Part shown: in pieces, positions 8,468-17,426 of the stretch
How the letters are laid out: the number at the start of each line of letters is the position of its first letter
Numbering within the stretch: the first letter of the stretch is position 1
NCBI RefSeq assembly: GCF_000017845.1
Contig: NC_010546.1
Location: 540,001 to 572,000, forward strand
Reading direction: 5' to 3'
DNA from: Crocosphaera subtropica ATCC 51142
Lineage (GTDB): Bacteria; Cyanobacteriota; Cyanobacteriia; Cyanobacteriales; Microcystaceae
Length of the DNA: 32,000 bases
Notes under the pieces: generated by a model
Database searches by the model: none
What the model was told of the DNA's origin: nothing
What the model saw: the letters and a program-made list of their open reading frames with translations, nothing else
Position numbers and translations under genes: made by a program

Positions 8468-10471
8468 ATGAGAAAATCTATGAACAACAGTCCAGAAAAT
8501 ATAAGGGAAGCATTCTCTGAACAAAGGGTTAACTATTATCATCAGTTAGCTTTAGATAATTTAATGGATGTAATTAGTTTTCATACAGTAGAAGGAATTT
8601 ATCTATATATTTCTCCTTCTTGTCAATCTTTTTTAGGCTATGAACCTCAAGTTTTTATTGGACAATCGGCCGAAGTTTTATGTCATCCTGAAGATTGTGA
8701 TGTAATTAGGACATTTTATCAACAATTAAAACAGCAATGGAATAGTGATCCAATTACTTATCGCATCCGTCATGCTGTGGGACATTATGTTTGGTTAGAA
8801 ACCTCAGCCAAAGTCATCCCAAACCAAAAGACAGGAGAGATTCAAGAAATATTATGTATTTCTCGTGAAGTTACTAAACAAAAGCAAAATCAAGAACATT
8901 TCAAAAACTATCAACAACCTCATATTTTCATTTTAGATAACTTACCTGATTTAATAACAACCCATAGTAAAGAGGGAATTTTTCAATACGTTTCTCAAGT
9001 TTCTTATCAGTTATTAGGTTATATTCCTCAAGCTTTGATCGGTCGCACTCTAGCATCATTTTGTCATGGTCAAGATCAGGTCTTAATTAAACAATTTTAT
9101 CAAGAATTAGAACAAAAAAAATCCTTAGCCTCCGTCATTTATCGGATGAGTCATCAAGAGGGTTATTATCTCTGGATAGAAACCCTTGGAAAAGTGATCC
9201 TTCATCCACAAACAGGAGAAATTCAAGAAATATTATGTGTGTCTCGAAATATTACTAAACGGAAGCAGATAGAAGAGGCTTTGATTCAAGCAGAACGACA
9301 ATATTACAAAATTTTTGAAAAGAGTAATCAAGGAATTTTTCAACTGAGTCCTGAAGGTTATTTCATAGATGTTAATCCTGCTTTAGCACAACTTTATGGT
9401 TATAATAATCCCCAAGATTTATTAGAAAGTATTCATAAGCGGACTAATCCAGTTTATGTTGAAGGCAAAAACCATGATAGTCTTTTAGATATTTTAAAAA
9501 CCGATGGAGAGATCATTAATTTTCAATCTCAAATCTATTGTAAAAATGGAGAAATCATCGATATTGAAGAAACAATTTGGGCCGTTTATGATCAGTGTGA
9601 ACAAATTCTTTATTATCAAGGAACTGTTCAAAAAGTTATCAATCCTCAAATTAAAGGCGATACTTTAACCCGTATTCAATTAGAAACGGATCTAAGACAA
9701 GCTATAAAAAATAAACAACTCTCTCTTTATTATCAGCCTATTGTCGAATTAGATACAGGCCATTTAAGTGGATTTGAAGCGTTAATTAGATGGCAACATC
9801 CGATTAAAGGCCCCATTTCTCCTATTGAATTTATCCCCATTGCCGAAGAAAGTGGCCTGATTAATACTCTGGGTTGGTGGGTACTAGAACAAGCTTGTTA
9901 TCAATTACAAACCTGGCAAAATTTAAACACACAAGCCGCTAAATTAGTAATGAATGTTAATGTATCAGCACAACAATTAAAACAAGAAACATGGGTTGAA
10001 AGATTGAATCATTTATTAGAAAAAATGGGAGTTGAAGGAAAACAATTAAAATTAGAAATCACAGAAAGTTGTTTACTTGAAACCGTTCAAAATGAAACCC
10101 AAAGAGTGAGACAATTAAAAAACTTAGGTTTAGGATTATGTATTGATGATTTTGGCACTGGTTATTCCTCCTTAAGTCGCTTACATGAATTTCCCATTGA
10201 TACCTTAAAAATTGATCGTTCTTTTATTAGTAAATTAGGAATTTCTGATAAAGTCATTGTTCCTATGATTATTAACTTAGCCCATACCTTAGGGATGAAT
10301 GTAGTAGCAGAAGGGATTGAAACCCGTGAACAATTTAATCAATTACAGGGTTTAAATTGTGAATTAGGGCAAGGCTTTTTCTTTGCTAAACCCATGACTG
10401 GGGAACAAGCAACCCATTGGGTAATGCAAGAAATCAGAAGCCGTCAGGAGTTTGGGGTTAATACGCCCTAA
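8468..10471 (+). CDS. PAS-PAS-PAS-EAL signalling protein (putative c-di-GMP phosphodiesterase, no GGDEF domain)
   Basis: 667 aa with three PAS-like repeats; two are near-duplicates ending QTGEIQEILC(I/V)SR. The C-terminal EAL domain shows YYQPIV...GFEALIRW, EITE, DDFGTGYSSL and QGF. Confidence 0.9.
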   Translation: MRKSMNNSPENIREAFSEQRVNYYHQLALDNLMDVISFHTVEGIYLYISPSCQSFLGYEPQVFIGQSAEVLCHPEDCDVIRTFYQQLKQQWNSDPITYRIRHAVGHYVWLETSAKVIPNQKTGEIQEILCISREVTKQKQNQEHFKNYQQPHIFILDNLPDLITTHSKEGIFQYVSQVSYQLLGYIPQALIGRTLASFCHGQDQVLIKQFYQELEQKKSLASVIYRMSHQEGYYLWIETLGKVILHPQTGEIQEILCVSRNITKRKQIEEALIQAERQYYKIFEKSNQGIFQLSPEGYFIDVNPALAQLYGYNNPQDLLESIHKRTNPVYVEGKNHDSLLDILKTDGEIINFQSQIYCKNGEIIDIEETIWAVYDQCEQILYYQGTVQKVINPQIKGDTLTRIQLETDLRQAIKNKQLSLYYQPIVELDTGHLSGFEALIRWQHPIKGPISPIEFIPIAEESGLINTLGWWVLEQACYQLQTWQNLNTQAAKLVMNVNVSAQQLKQETWVERLNHLLEKMGVEGKQLKLEITESCLLETVQNETQRVRQLKNLGLGLCIDDFGTGYSSLSRLHEFPIDTLKIDRSFISKLGISDKVIVPMIINLAHTLGMNVVAEGIETREQFNQLQGLNCELGQGFFFAKPMTGEQATHWVMQEIRSRQEFGVNTP

Positions 10472-10540
10472 AAAAACCAGTGTTAAAACCCTTGATTTTC
10501 TGGTCACCATTGAGAAAACTATGTTAAACCCTATTCATAG

Positions 10541-11899
10541 ATGCAACCCACCACAAAAAAAACGAACGCCCGTCAACTAACCTTAGACATTTTACGACAA
10601 ATTGATCGAAAAAATAGTTACACTGATATTGCCTTAGATCGGGCATTCAATCAAACTCATCTCAATCCTAGCGATCGCAGTTTATGCACAGAACTGGTTT
10701 ATGGTATCATTCGGCATCAACGCACCTTAGACACCTTAATCGATCAACTAGGAAAAAAAAAGGCAAAACAACAACCCCCAGACTTACGCCGTATTCTTCA
10801 CATCGGACTTTATCAATTACGATACCTCGATAATATTCCTCCCTCTGCTGCGGTTAATACCAGTGTTAACCTAGCCAAAGAATATAAGCTAAATCGGCTT
10901 TCAGGAGTCGTTAACGGCATTTTACGGCAATATCTTCGTAGCAGTGAAACCGATGGAGATCCTCTAATTCTACCTCCTAACCCCATTGAAAAAATTGCCA
11001 TTCAATATAGCTTTCCCGACTGGATGATCGAAACTTGGGTTCAACAATGGGGAGAAGCAACCACCGAACAATTATGTCATTGGTTCAATCAAACCCCTAC
11101 CATTGATATTCGTATTAACCCCTTAAAAACCACCCTTGAAACCCTACAAACCCAACTCACTGAAGCAGGAATAAACGCCACTCCCTTTCCCCCCTTGCCT
11201 TGTACCTTGAGACTACAGGGAAAAATAGGAAGCATACAAACCTTACCAGGGTTTCACCAAGGCCACTGGACCATACAAGATAGTAGCGCACAACTGGTGA
11301 GTTATTTACTCGATCCCCAACCCGGAGAAACTATTATTGATGCTTGCGCGGCCCCAGGGGGAAAAACCACCCATATGGCTGAGTTGATGGGGGATCAAGG
11401 CACTATTATTGCTTGCGATCGCACCCCTTCCCGTCTCAAAAAAGTGCAACAAAACGCCCAACGGTTACAATTAAACTCCATTCAAACTATTTTAGGAGAT
11501 AGCCGTCATTTACCACAGTTGATTAATACGGCTGATCGGGTCTTAGTGGATGTTCCCTGTTCCGGTTTAGGAACCCTTCACCGACACCCAGACATTCGTT
11601 GGCGACAGACCCCTGAAAAAATTCAAGAATTATCTCGTTTACAACAAGAAATATTAACCCAAGCAGCCCAATGGGTCAAACCGCAAGGAACCCTTGTTTA
11701 TGCGACTTGTACCCTCAACCCAACAGAAAATCAACAAATTATAGAAAGCTTTTTAACCCATCATCCTCAGTGGAATCTAAAACCCCCTTCGGTTCATTGG
11801 CTTTTTTCCCCCTTTATGACATCATCAAAGTGGATACAAATTCTACCCCATGAACATCATACTGACGGTTTTTTTATGGTGAAGTTAAAGAAAGGTTGA
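10541..11899 (+). CDS. rsmB: 16S rRNA (cytosine967-C5)-methyltransferase
   Basis: 452 aa with a NusB-like N-terminus. SAM-MTase motifs DACAAPGGKT and DVPCSGLGT, and the catalytic YATCT motif, are present. Confidence 0.9.
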   Translation: MQPTTKKTNARQLTLDILRQIDRKNSYTDIALDRAFNQTHLNPSDRSLCTELVYGIIRHQRTLDTLIDQLGKKKAKQQPPDLRRILHIGLYQLRYLDNIPPSAAVNTSVNLAKEYKLNRLSGVVNGILRQYLRSSETDGDPLILPPNPIEKIAIQYSFPDWMIETWVQQWGEATTEQLCHWFNQTPTIDIRINPLKTTLETLQTQLTEAGINATPFPPLPCTLRLQGKIGSIQTLPGFHQGHWTIQDSSAQLVSYLLDPQPGETIIDACAAPGGKTTHMAELMGDQGTIIACDRTPSRLKKVQQNAQRLQLNSIQTILGDSRHLPQLINTADRVLVDVPCSGLGTLHRHPDIRWRQTPEKIQELSRLQQEILTQAAQWVKPQGTLVYATCTLNPTENQQIIESFLTHHPQWNLKPPSVHWLFSPFMTSSKWIQILPHEHHTDGFFMVKLKKG

Positions 11900-11964
11900 T
11901 AGAACTTCTATTTCTCTCAAAAATATTTCATCATAAAAATAGAAAAAAACAAGAGTGATTAATA

Positions 11965-12387
11965 ATGGATACTCAAACTCAAAAGAAACAACTGCTCAAA
12001 ATTCTCATCGGTGCAGCTTGGATCGATGGTATTATTCAAGTAGAAGAAAGAGATTATTTAAAACGAATGGCCCAGAGTCATGGGTTATCTGAAGATGTGG
12101 ATCTCAAGTCTCTTTTATCAGAATTAAAACCGGTTCAGCCTAATCAATGTTATCAATGGCTAGAAGAATATTTAGGAGATAATCCCACCATCCATGACTA
12201 TCAAGAATTATTAGAAACTTTGAGTGCTTTAATTTATAGTGATGGGGATGTTCAAATGCAAGAAGCCCAACTTTTAACTAAATTACAATTACTTGATCCC
12301 GCTCAAGAATCTCCTAAATCTGCTTTTGATAAAATTCTTAAAGCGATTCAAAAAGTTTACAAAAAAGCAATTAATCAAAAGCTTTAA
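11965..12387 (+). CDS. TerB-like (tellurite-resistance TerB / DjlA N-terminal type) domain protein
   Basis: 140 aa. LIGAAWIDGIIQVEERDYL and ALIYSDGDVQMQEAQLL resemble the two-helix TerB repeats. Confidence 0.6.
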   Translation: MDTQTQKKQLLKILIGAAWIDGIIQVEERDYLKRMAQSHGLSEDVDLKSLLSELKPVQPNQCYQWLEEYLGDNPTIHDYQELLETLSALIYSDGDVQMQEAQLLTKLQLLDPAQESPKSAFDKILKAIQKVYKKAINQKL

Positions 12388-12529
12388 TCATCAAAAACTG
12401 ACAAAACAGCAATTGCCTAACAACTGAACTAAAATGAAATTTAGAGATTAGAAATACCTAGGATTTTTTTATTTTCATTTTAATCAATATTCATTAATTT
12501 GATAGCCAAACAATTGCTAATCTATTACT

Positions 12530-13237
12530 ATGAAAACCTTAGAGGATGGCTCCAGCAATATACGGTTAGCGGTTTTAATTGATGCTGAAAATGTCAGTGC
12601 AAATATTATTGAAGCTTTATTACAAGAAGTCGCTAAATATGGAACCGCTAATGTCAAAAGAATATATGGAGACTGGACAAGTAATCAATTAAATAGCTGG
12701 AAAGGTAAACTCAATAAATTAGCCCTTCAACCCATCCAACAATTTCGATATACAACCGGGAAAAATGCAACTGACAGTGCTTTAATTATTGATGCAATGG
12801 ATTTACTTTATACGGGAAATTTTGATGGATTTTGTTTAGTTTCCAGCGATAGTGATTTTACTCGTTTAGCTTCTCGAATTAGAGAATCTGGTCTTATTGT
12901 TTATGGCTTTGGAGAAAAAATTAAAACACCAGAAGCTTTTGTTGTTGCTTGTAACAAATTTATTTATACTGATATTTTAGCTCATCAACAACCCTCTGGA
13001 AATGAAAAAATAACAACCAATAAAAAATTGTTGGAGTTATTGAAAAGTGCTTATGATTCTGTAGCAGATGAGGAAGAATGGGTTCACCTTGGGCCTTTTG
13101 GCTCACAATTAACCAAATTATCTCCCTCTTTTGATTCTCGAAACTATGGTTATAAAAAACTGAGTGAATTAGTTCAATCAGTCGATATTTTTACGATCAA
13201 AAAGACTCGATTTCATTTGATGATAAAACTAAAATAG
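12530..13237 (+). CDS. NYN (LabA-like) domain protein with C-terminal OST-HTH/LOTUS domain
   Basis: 235 aa. LAVLIDAENV...VKRIYGDW...ATDSALIIDAM...LVSSDSDF is the NYN nuclease-like core. The C-terminal GYKKLSELV region resembles OST-HTH. Confidence 0.8.
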   Translation: MKTLEDGSSNIRLAVLIDAENVSANIIEALLQEVAKYGTANVKRIYGDWTSNQLNSWKGKLNKLALQPIQQFRYTTGKNATDSALIIDAMDLLYTGNFDGFCLVSSDSDFTRLASRIRESGLIVYGFGEKIKTPEAFVVACNKFIYTDILAHQQPSGNEKITTNKKLLELLKSAYDSVADEEEWVHLGPFGSQLTKLSPSFDSRNYGYKKLSELVQSVDIFTIKKTRFHLMIKLK

Positions 13238-13247
13238 GAATGATAAT

Positions 13248-13760
13248 ATGGAGAAAATAAGATCGGCAACCATAGAAGATTTAGAAGAAATTGTTAACAT
13301 TTATAATGCGAGTATTCCCAGTCGTCTCGCCACAGGAGATTTAGAGAAAATACAAGTAGAAAGTCGCTTAAAATGGTTTCAAGAAAGAGATCATAAACAT
13401 TATCCAATCTGGGTCATGGAAAAGGATAATCAAGTGTTAGGTTGGATCAGTTTACAACATTTTTATGGTCGTCCGGCTTATAAAAGTACAGCAGAAATCA
13501 GTTTATATATTGCTGAAAATCATCGAGGTCAAGGAATTGGCAAAAAATTGTTAGGATATGTCATAGAAGAAAGTCCAAAACTAGGATTAACTAATTTACT
13601 AGGATTTATTTTTGCCCATAATCAACCCAGTTTAAATTTATTCAAAAAATATAACTTTCAACAATGGGGATACTTGCCAAAAGTAGCTCAATTGGATAAT
13701 ATCGAAAGAGATTTGATTATTATGGGACTACATTTAGATTATAAAAAAGATAAAATATAA
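13248..13760 (+). CDS. GNAT family N-acetyltransferase (phosphinothricin acetyltransferase-like)
   Basis: 170 aa with the acetyl-CoA site HRGQGIGKKLL. The start lies 10 nt after the preceding gene. Confidence 0.85.
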   Translation: MEKIRSATIEDLEEIVNIYNASIPSRLATGDLEKIQVESRLKWFQERDHKHYPIWVMEKDNQVLGWISLQHFYGRPAYKSTAEISLYIAENHRGQGIGKKLLGYVIEESPKLGLTNLLGFIFAHNQPSLNLFKKYNFQQWGYLPKVAQLDNIERDLIIMGLHLDYKKDKI

Positions 13761-13773
13761 CTGAAAATAAATT

Positions 13774-14940
13774 ATGACTCAATCACCCATTACCGAACCC
13801 CAAATATTAAACCCAGACGAACTAGAAAAAGAAGAAGAATCTGATTATTTTGATTACTTTTTTGATGAACCGGGTAGTGAACCTGGAACCTTAAATATAG
13901 AACCAGATGCTAAACCTTCCCGTATCGTTTTAATTGATTACGATGAGTCCCATGCCATTCGGAAAGTAGATGTTACCCCTAAAGCATTAACCCCCTATTT
14001 AGGAACGAATACCATTTCCTGGATGGACGTTCAAGGGTTAGGAAGTGAGCGAGTTCTGAAACAAATTGGAGATATTTTTAAGCTCCATCCCTTACTCTTA
14101 GAAGACGTAGTTAATGTTCCCCAACGACCTAAATTAGAAGATTATAACGAACAATTAGTTGTAATTGTTCAGATGGTTCGTCCCAACGCCAACGAAGAAG
14201 GATTTGAAAGCGAACAAGTCAGTTTTGTTTTAGGCAATAGATATTTAGTGACCTTTCAAGAAGAAGAAATCGAAGATTGTTTTGATATTGTTAGAGAAAG
14301 AATTAGGGCAAATCAAGGGAAAGTGAGACAACAAGGGGCCGACTATTTGATGTACTTATTGTTAGATTCTATTATTGATGGCTATTTCCCCGTTTTAGAA
14401 GACTACGGCGATCGCATCGAAGATATAGAAGACGAATTAGCGATCGCTCCAAATACCAATCAATTAAAGGAAATTTATGTAATTAGAAGGGAATTATTGG
14501 CCTTGCGTCGAGCGATTTGGCCTTTAAGAAATGTTACCAATATGTTAGTCCGGGGAGAAAGCTCCTTAATTAGTTCTGAGGCACAAATTTATTTTCGAGA
14601 CTGTTACGATCACGTCATTCAAATCTTAGATATCGTTGAAACCTATCGAGAATTAGCCTCTTCTTTAATGGATGCTTATCTATCTTCCATGAGCAATAAA
14701 ATGAACGAGGTAATGCAAGTTTTAACCGTTGTTTCCACTATTTTTATTCCTTTGACCTTTATTGCCGGAGTTTATGGCATGAACTTTGAATATATGCCAG
14801 AACTTAAGACCCGTTGGGGTTATTTTGGTTCTTTGGGGTTAATGGCTGCGATCGCAGGAGGCTTAATTTATTTCTTTTGGCGCAGAGGTTGGTTTGAACC
14901 TTTTGCTCGTCCTAACATTCCCCTCTCCAAAAAAGACTAA
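13774..14940 (+). CDS. corA: magnesium/cobalt transporter CorA
   Basis: 388 aa. The YGMNFEYMPEL (GMN) motif lies between two C-terminal TM helices. Confidence 0.9.
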   Translation: MTQSPITEPQILNPDELEKEEESDYFDYFFDEPGSEPGTLNIEPDAKPSRIVLIDYDESHAIRKVDVTPKALTPYLGTNTISWMDVQGLGSERVLKQIGDIFKLHPLLLEDVVNVPQRPKLEDYNEQLVVIVQMVRPNANEEGFESEQVSFVLGNRYLVTFQEEEIEDCFDIVRERIRANQGKVRQQGADYLMYLLLDSIIDGYFPVLEDYGDRIEDIEDELAIAPNTNQLKEIYVIRRELLALRRAIWPLRNVTNMLVRGESSLISSEAQIYFRDCYDHVIQILDIVETYRELASSLMDAYLSSMSNKMNEVMQVLTVVSTIFIPLTFIAGVYGMNFEYMPELKTRWGYFGSLGLMAAIAGGLIYFFWRRGWFEPFARPNIPLSKKD

Positions 14941-14950
14941 AATAGAATTA

Positions 14951-15310
14951 GAAAAGAGTTGGCGCGAGAGTTGCGGATGGGTCAAATCAACCCATTCGAG
15001 GAAAGTCCGGACTCCCGAAAGACCAGACTTGCTGGGTAACGCCCAGTGCGCGCGAGCGTGAGGATAGTGCCACAGAAAAATACCGCCTCTAATTTTAGAG
15101 GTAAGGGTGCAAAGGTTTTGCGGTAAGAGCGCACCAGCAGTATCGTGAGGTACTGGCTCGGTAAACCCCGGTTGGGAGCAAGGTCGAAGGGGCAAAGGTT
15201 GGTCTTTTCCCTGTCCCGTTTTAGGTGTACCGCATGAGGCGTTTGGTAACAAACGTCCTAGATAGATAACTCTCCACTGAACAGAATCCGGCTTATGTCC
15301 AACTCTTTTC
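14951..15310 (+). ncRNA. rnpB: RNase P RNA, bacterial type A
   Basis: Universal blocks GAGGAAAGTCCGGACTCC, ACAGAAAAATACCGCC and ACAGAATCCGGCTTAT are present. P1 pairs gaaaagagttgg (14951-14962) with ccaactcttttc (15299-15310). Confidence 0.93.
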
Positions 15311-15438
15311 TTTATAATAATTTTATTTTTGCTGCTTCTTCGATGATGATGTCATGATTAAGAAATAAGGTGGGGAAAGTCTCAGCAAATTCTCAAATCG
15401 TTCAGAATTAATTAGAATTTTGCCCACCCTATCTTTAC

Positions 15439-15867
15439 TTATTGAACCGTTGCACAAGGTTTTGACTCGTGACTACGGGGACAAGTTTCTAAGTCGTCTG
15501 TAATCGGATTTTCTGGGTTTAAACCGATCCAAGCGTCAATGGTTTCAGGATCAAAACCCACCCGATAAACCGCCTCAACTTGAATTAAAGGACGACGAAT
15601 TAATAGAGGATCAGCAATCATTAATTCTAAAGCTTTTTCCTCGCTTAAACTATCAGGAATAACCTCACCCGATTTAATTCTCGGTGCGCTTTTATTGAAC
15701 CATAAACTAACCGGTAAATCCCCAAAAAACGGGCGTAATTTTTCTGCTGTCCAAGGTTCAGTTAAGAGACTTTTTGCCTCTAAATTGTGACCTGCTGCTA
15801 TTAGCAAGTTTTTCTGTTTGGTGTTATTTTTACACCCTGGTTTTTCGTAAAAAGTAACGTTAGCCAT
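15439..15867 (-). CDS. ArsC/Spx-family protein of the nitrogenase-associated type
   Basis: 142 aa. The N-terminal VTFYEKPGCKNN thioredoxin-fold motif and its position inside the nif cluster support the call. Its ATG overlaps the stop of the upstream gene (TAATG). Confidence 0.8.
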   Translation of the reverse strand: MANVTFYEKPGCKNNTKQKNLLIAAGHNLEAKSLLTEPWTAEKLRPFFGDLPVSLWFNKSAPRIKSGEVIPDSLSEEKALELMIADPLLIRRPLIQVEAVYRVGFDPETIDAWIGLNPENPITDDLETCPRSHESKPCATVQ

Positions 15868-16463
15868 TATTTGTTTAAGGAAGTAATATAGTGTTCTTCG
15901 AGCAATTCTGCAATGTTTTTGGGATTAGCTTTACTGTGTTTAGCTTTGCCAGGCATTAAAATTAAATTAGGAGCTTTCCCACAGCGTTTTTGGCAACTGG
16001 TTTTCTCAATGGTTACATGATCTTGAAGTCCTAAATTACATAAGGTTTGTTCAAGCATTTGATGTAATTTTCGTCCTCCTCGTTTCGCACAATCAGATTT
16101 ACCACAGAGTAAAATTTTACCCTTTTTTGGACAAGTCTTCCCTCGTGGGTTGACGGTAGCATCATTTTCTTTTTCCTGGTCACATTCCACATTACAACTG
16201 AGGCGAGTAATCTCATAAGCTTTTAATTTTAATTTAGTAAAATTACCCTTAAATTCCTGTTCTCCTGCTATCGAAATCCACTCTCCAGGTAAGACATTTA
16301 AGGACTTAGTATCCCGCAAACTTTTATCAATTTTAATCTTTAATTCCCGTTCTCCAACTGCTAGAATTAAAGCTTTTGATTGACCATTGGATTTATAAAC
16401 AAAGCCCACAAACTTGCCTTGTAATTGAAAGGGAATGGTTTGACTAGAATTAACTGAACTCAT
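15867..16463 (-). CDS. two-domain protein: unknown N-terminal domain fused to a thioredoxin-like [2Fe-2S] ferredoxin domain
   Basis: 198 aa. The C-terminal half has CGKSDC (C-x4-C) and CQKRCGKAPN (C-x3-C) ligand motifs. The N-terminal roughly 100 aa is unrecognised. Confidence 0.75.
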   Translation of the reverse strand: MSSVNSSQTIPFQLQGKFVGFVYKSNGQSKALILAVGERELKIKIDKSLRDTKSLNVLPGEWISIAGEQEFKGNFTKLKLKAYEITRLSCNVECDQEKENDATVNPRGKTCPKKGKILLCGKSDCAKRGGRKLHQMLEQTLCNLGLQDHVTIEKTSCQKRCGKAPNLILMPGKAKHSKANPKNIAELLEEHYITSLNK

Positions 16464-16496
16464 GGCTAATTTCCTGAAATGAGAAAGTAATTATTA

Positions 16497-16547
16497 GTTG
16501 TCAGTTACCAGTTACCAGTTATTAGTTATCTTTCACTGTTCACTGAT
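16497..16547. repeat. composite STRR module: (AGTTRYY)5 followed by TTTCACT GTTCACT
   Basis: Direct reading of agttgtc agttacc agttacc agttatt agttatc tttcact gttcact. Confidence 0.9.
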
Positions 16548-16709
16548 CCGATTACCATTTTTTTGAATTGATGAGATGTTTTGTCAATTAAAATGACAAT
16601 TAAGTTCCTGTCAGGTTTAGTAAGATAACTTAACCTATACTCAAACTATAAACTTTCTCAATAAGTAAGAAAAATAGTAGTAAAAAACTTGAAGAAAGGG
16701 GCTTAATTC

Positions 16710-16758
16710 AGTTATCAGTTACCAGTTAAATACTAAGATTTAATTTTCACTGTTCACT
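16710..16758. repeat. second copy of the composite module: (AGTTAYC)3 ... TTTCACT GTTCACT
   Basis: agttatc agttacc agttaaa, then 14 nt, then tttcact gttcact. It has the same orientation as 16497-16547, about 210 nt away. Confidence 0.9.
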
Positions 16759-16789
16759 ATTTAATTAAGCCCGAAAAACTGGAGGAAGA

Positions 16790-16990
16790 CTAGAGACGTT
16801 TTGCGTCCAAGGTTTGGGGTAACTTTGTATCGTCATTAAGGTTAGGAAATTGTAATTCCCAACCATTAGCTAAGGTTAAAATTTTGCCGTCTCCTTCAAT
16901 GGTTTCGTTAACCACTGCTTCCTCTAAATCTTTCTTAGGAACATAAACGGATAAATTTCCGGCATCTTCTCTGCTTAAGATCACTTTCAT
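16790..16990 (-). CDS. nifT: NifT/FixU
   Basis: 66 aa. MKVILSR...LSVYVPKKDLEE...LANGWELQFP matches the NifT family. Confidence 0.9.
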   Translation of the reverse strand: MKVILSREDAGNLSVYVPKKDLEEAVVNETIEGDGKILTLANGWELQFPNLNDDTKLPQTLDAKRL

Positions 16991-17052
16991 AGCGTAACTC
17001 CTAAAGTTAGTTAATTGTTGATAAGGAATCGGGAATAGTTGTTATCTGAAAC

Positions 17053-17080
17053 TCCTGACTCCTGACTCCTGACTCCTCAG
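17053..17080. repeat. tandem heptamer array (CTCCTGA) x4
   Basis: ctcctgactcctgactcctgactcctca in the nifZ-nifT spacer. Confidence 0.95.
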
Positions 17081-17081
17081 A

Positions 17082-17426
17082 TTAAACCTGAGACTCTTGT
17101 AGAGAAGGTTCTTCGACAAATTCTTCCATATCTTCGTCATCGCCATCATCGATGAATGTCTCGTCTGCGGGAATTAATTCCTTGCGACGACAACCGACAA
17201 CGTAACCTTTTTCGAGAAAATGAACTGCGTAGATGTAATAACTTTGCAGATAAGTTCCAATACCTACCACATAGCCCACATCGCCTTTTTTCGCTAAGGT
17301 TTCGCCCACTTCTTTACCCGGAAACGTCCCATCATTGCGAATCATTCTCCGAAGACGAACCTTTGCCTCCATTTCAAAAGCTGGGGGATCATTAAGTTCA
17401 ATTTCACCTGGATTATACAATCCCAT
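17082..17426 (-). CDS. nifZ: NifZ
   Basis: 114 aa. FEMEAKVRLRRMIRNDGTFPG...GDVGYVVGIGTYLQSYYIYAVHF is the NifZ domain. It overlaps the nifV 3' end by 14 nt. Confidence 0.9.
   Translation of the reverse strand: MGLYNPGEIELNDPPAFEMEAKVRLRRMIRNDGTFPGKEVGETLAKKGDVGYVVGIGTYLQSYYIYAVHFLEKGYVVGCRRKELIPADETFIDDGDDEDMEEFVEEPSLQESQV

Noticed and set aside
12433-12483. AT-rich inverted repeat AAAATGAAA...TTTCATTTT after the TerB-like gene as a terminator
   Set aside because: The stem is AU-only with a roughly 30-nt loop and no clean U-tail, so the evidence is too weak.
14863-15252. 129-aa minus-strand ORF
   Set aside because: It lies entirely antisense to the RNase P RNA gene. The GC-rich structured RNA explains the open frame, and there is no start context or protein-like motif.
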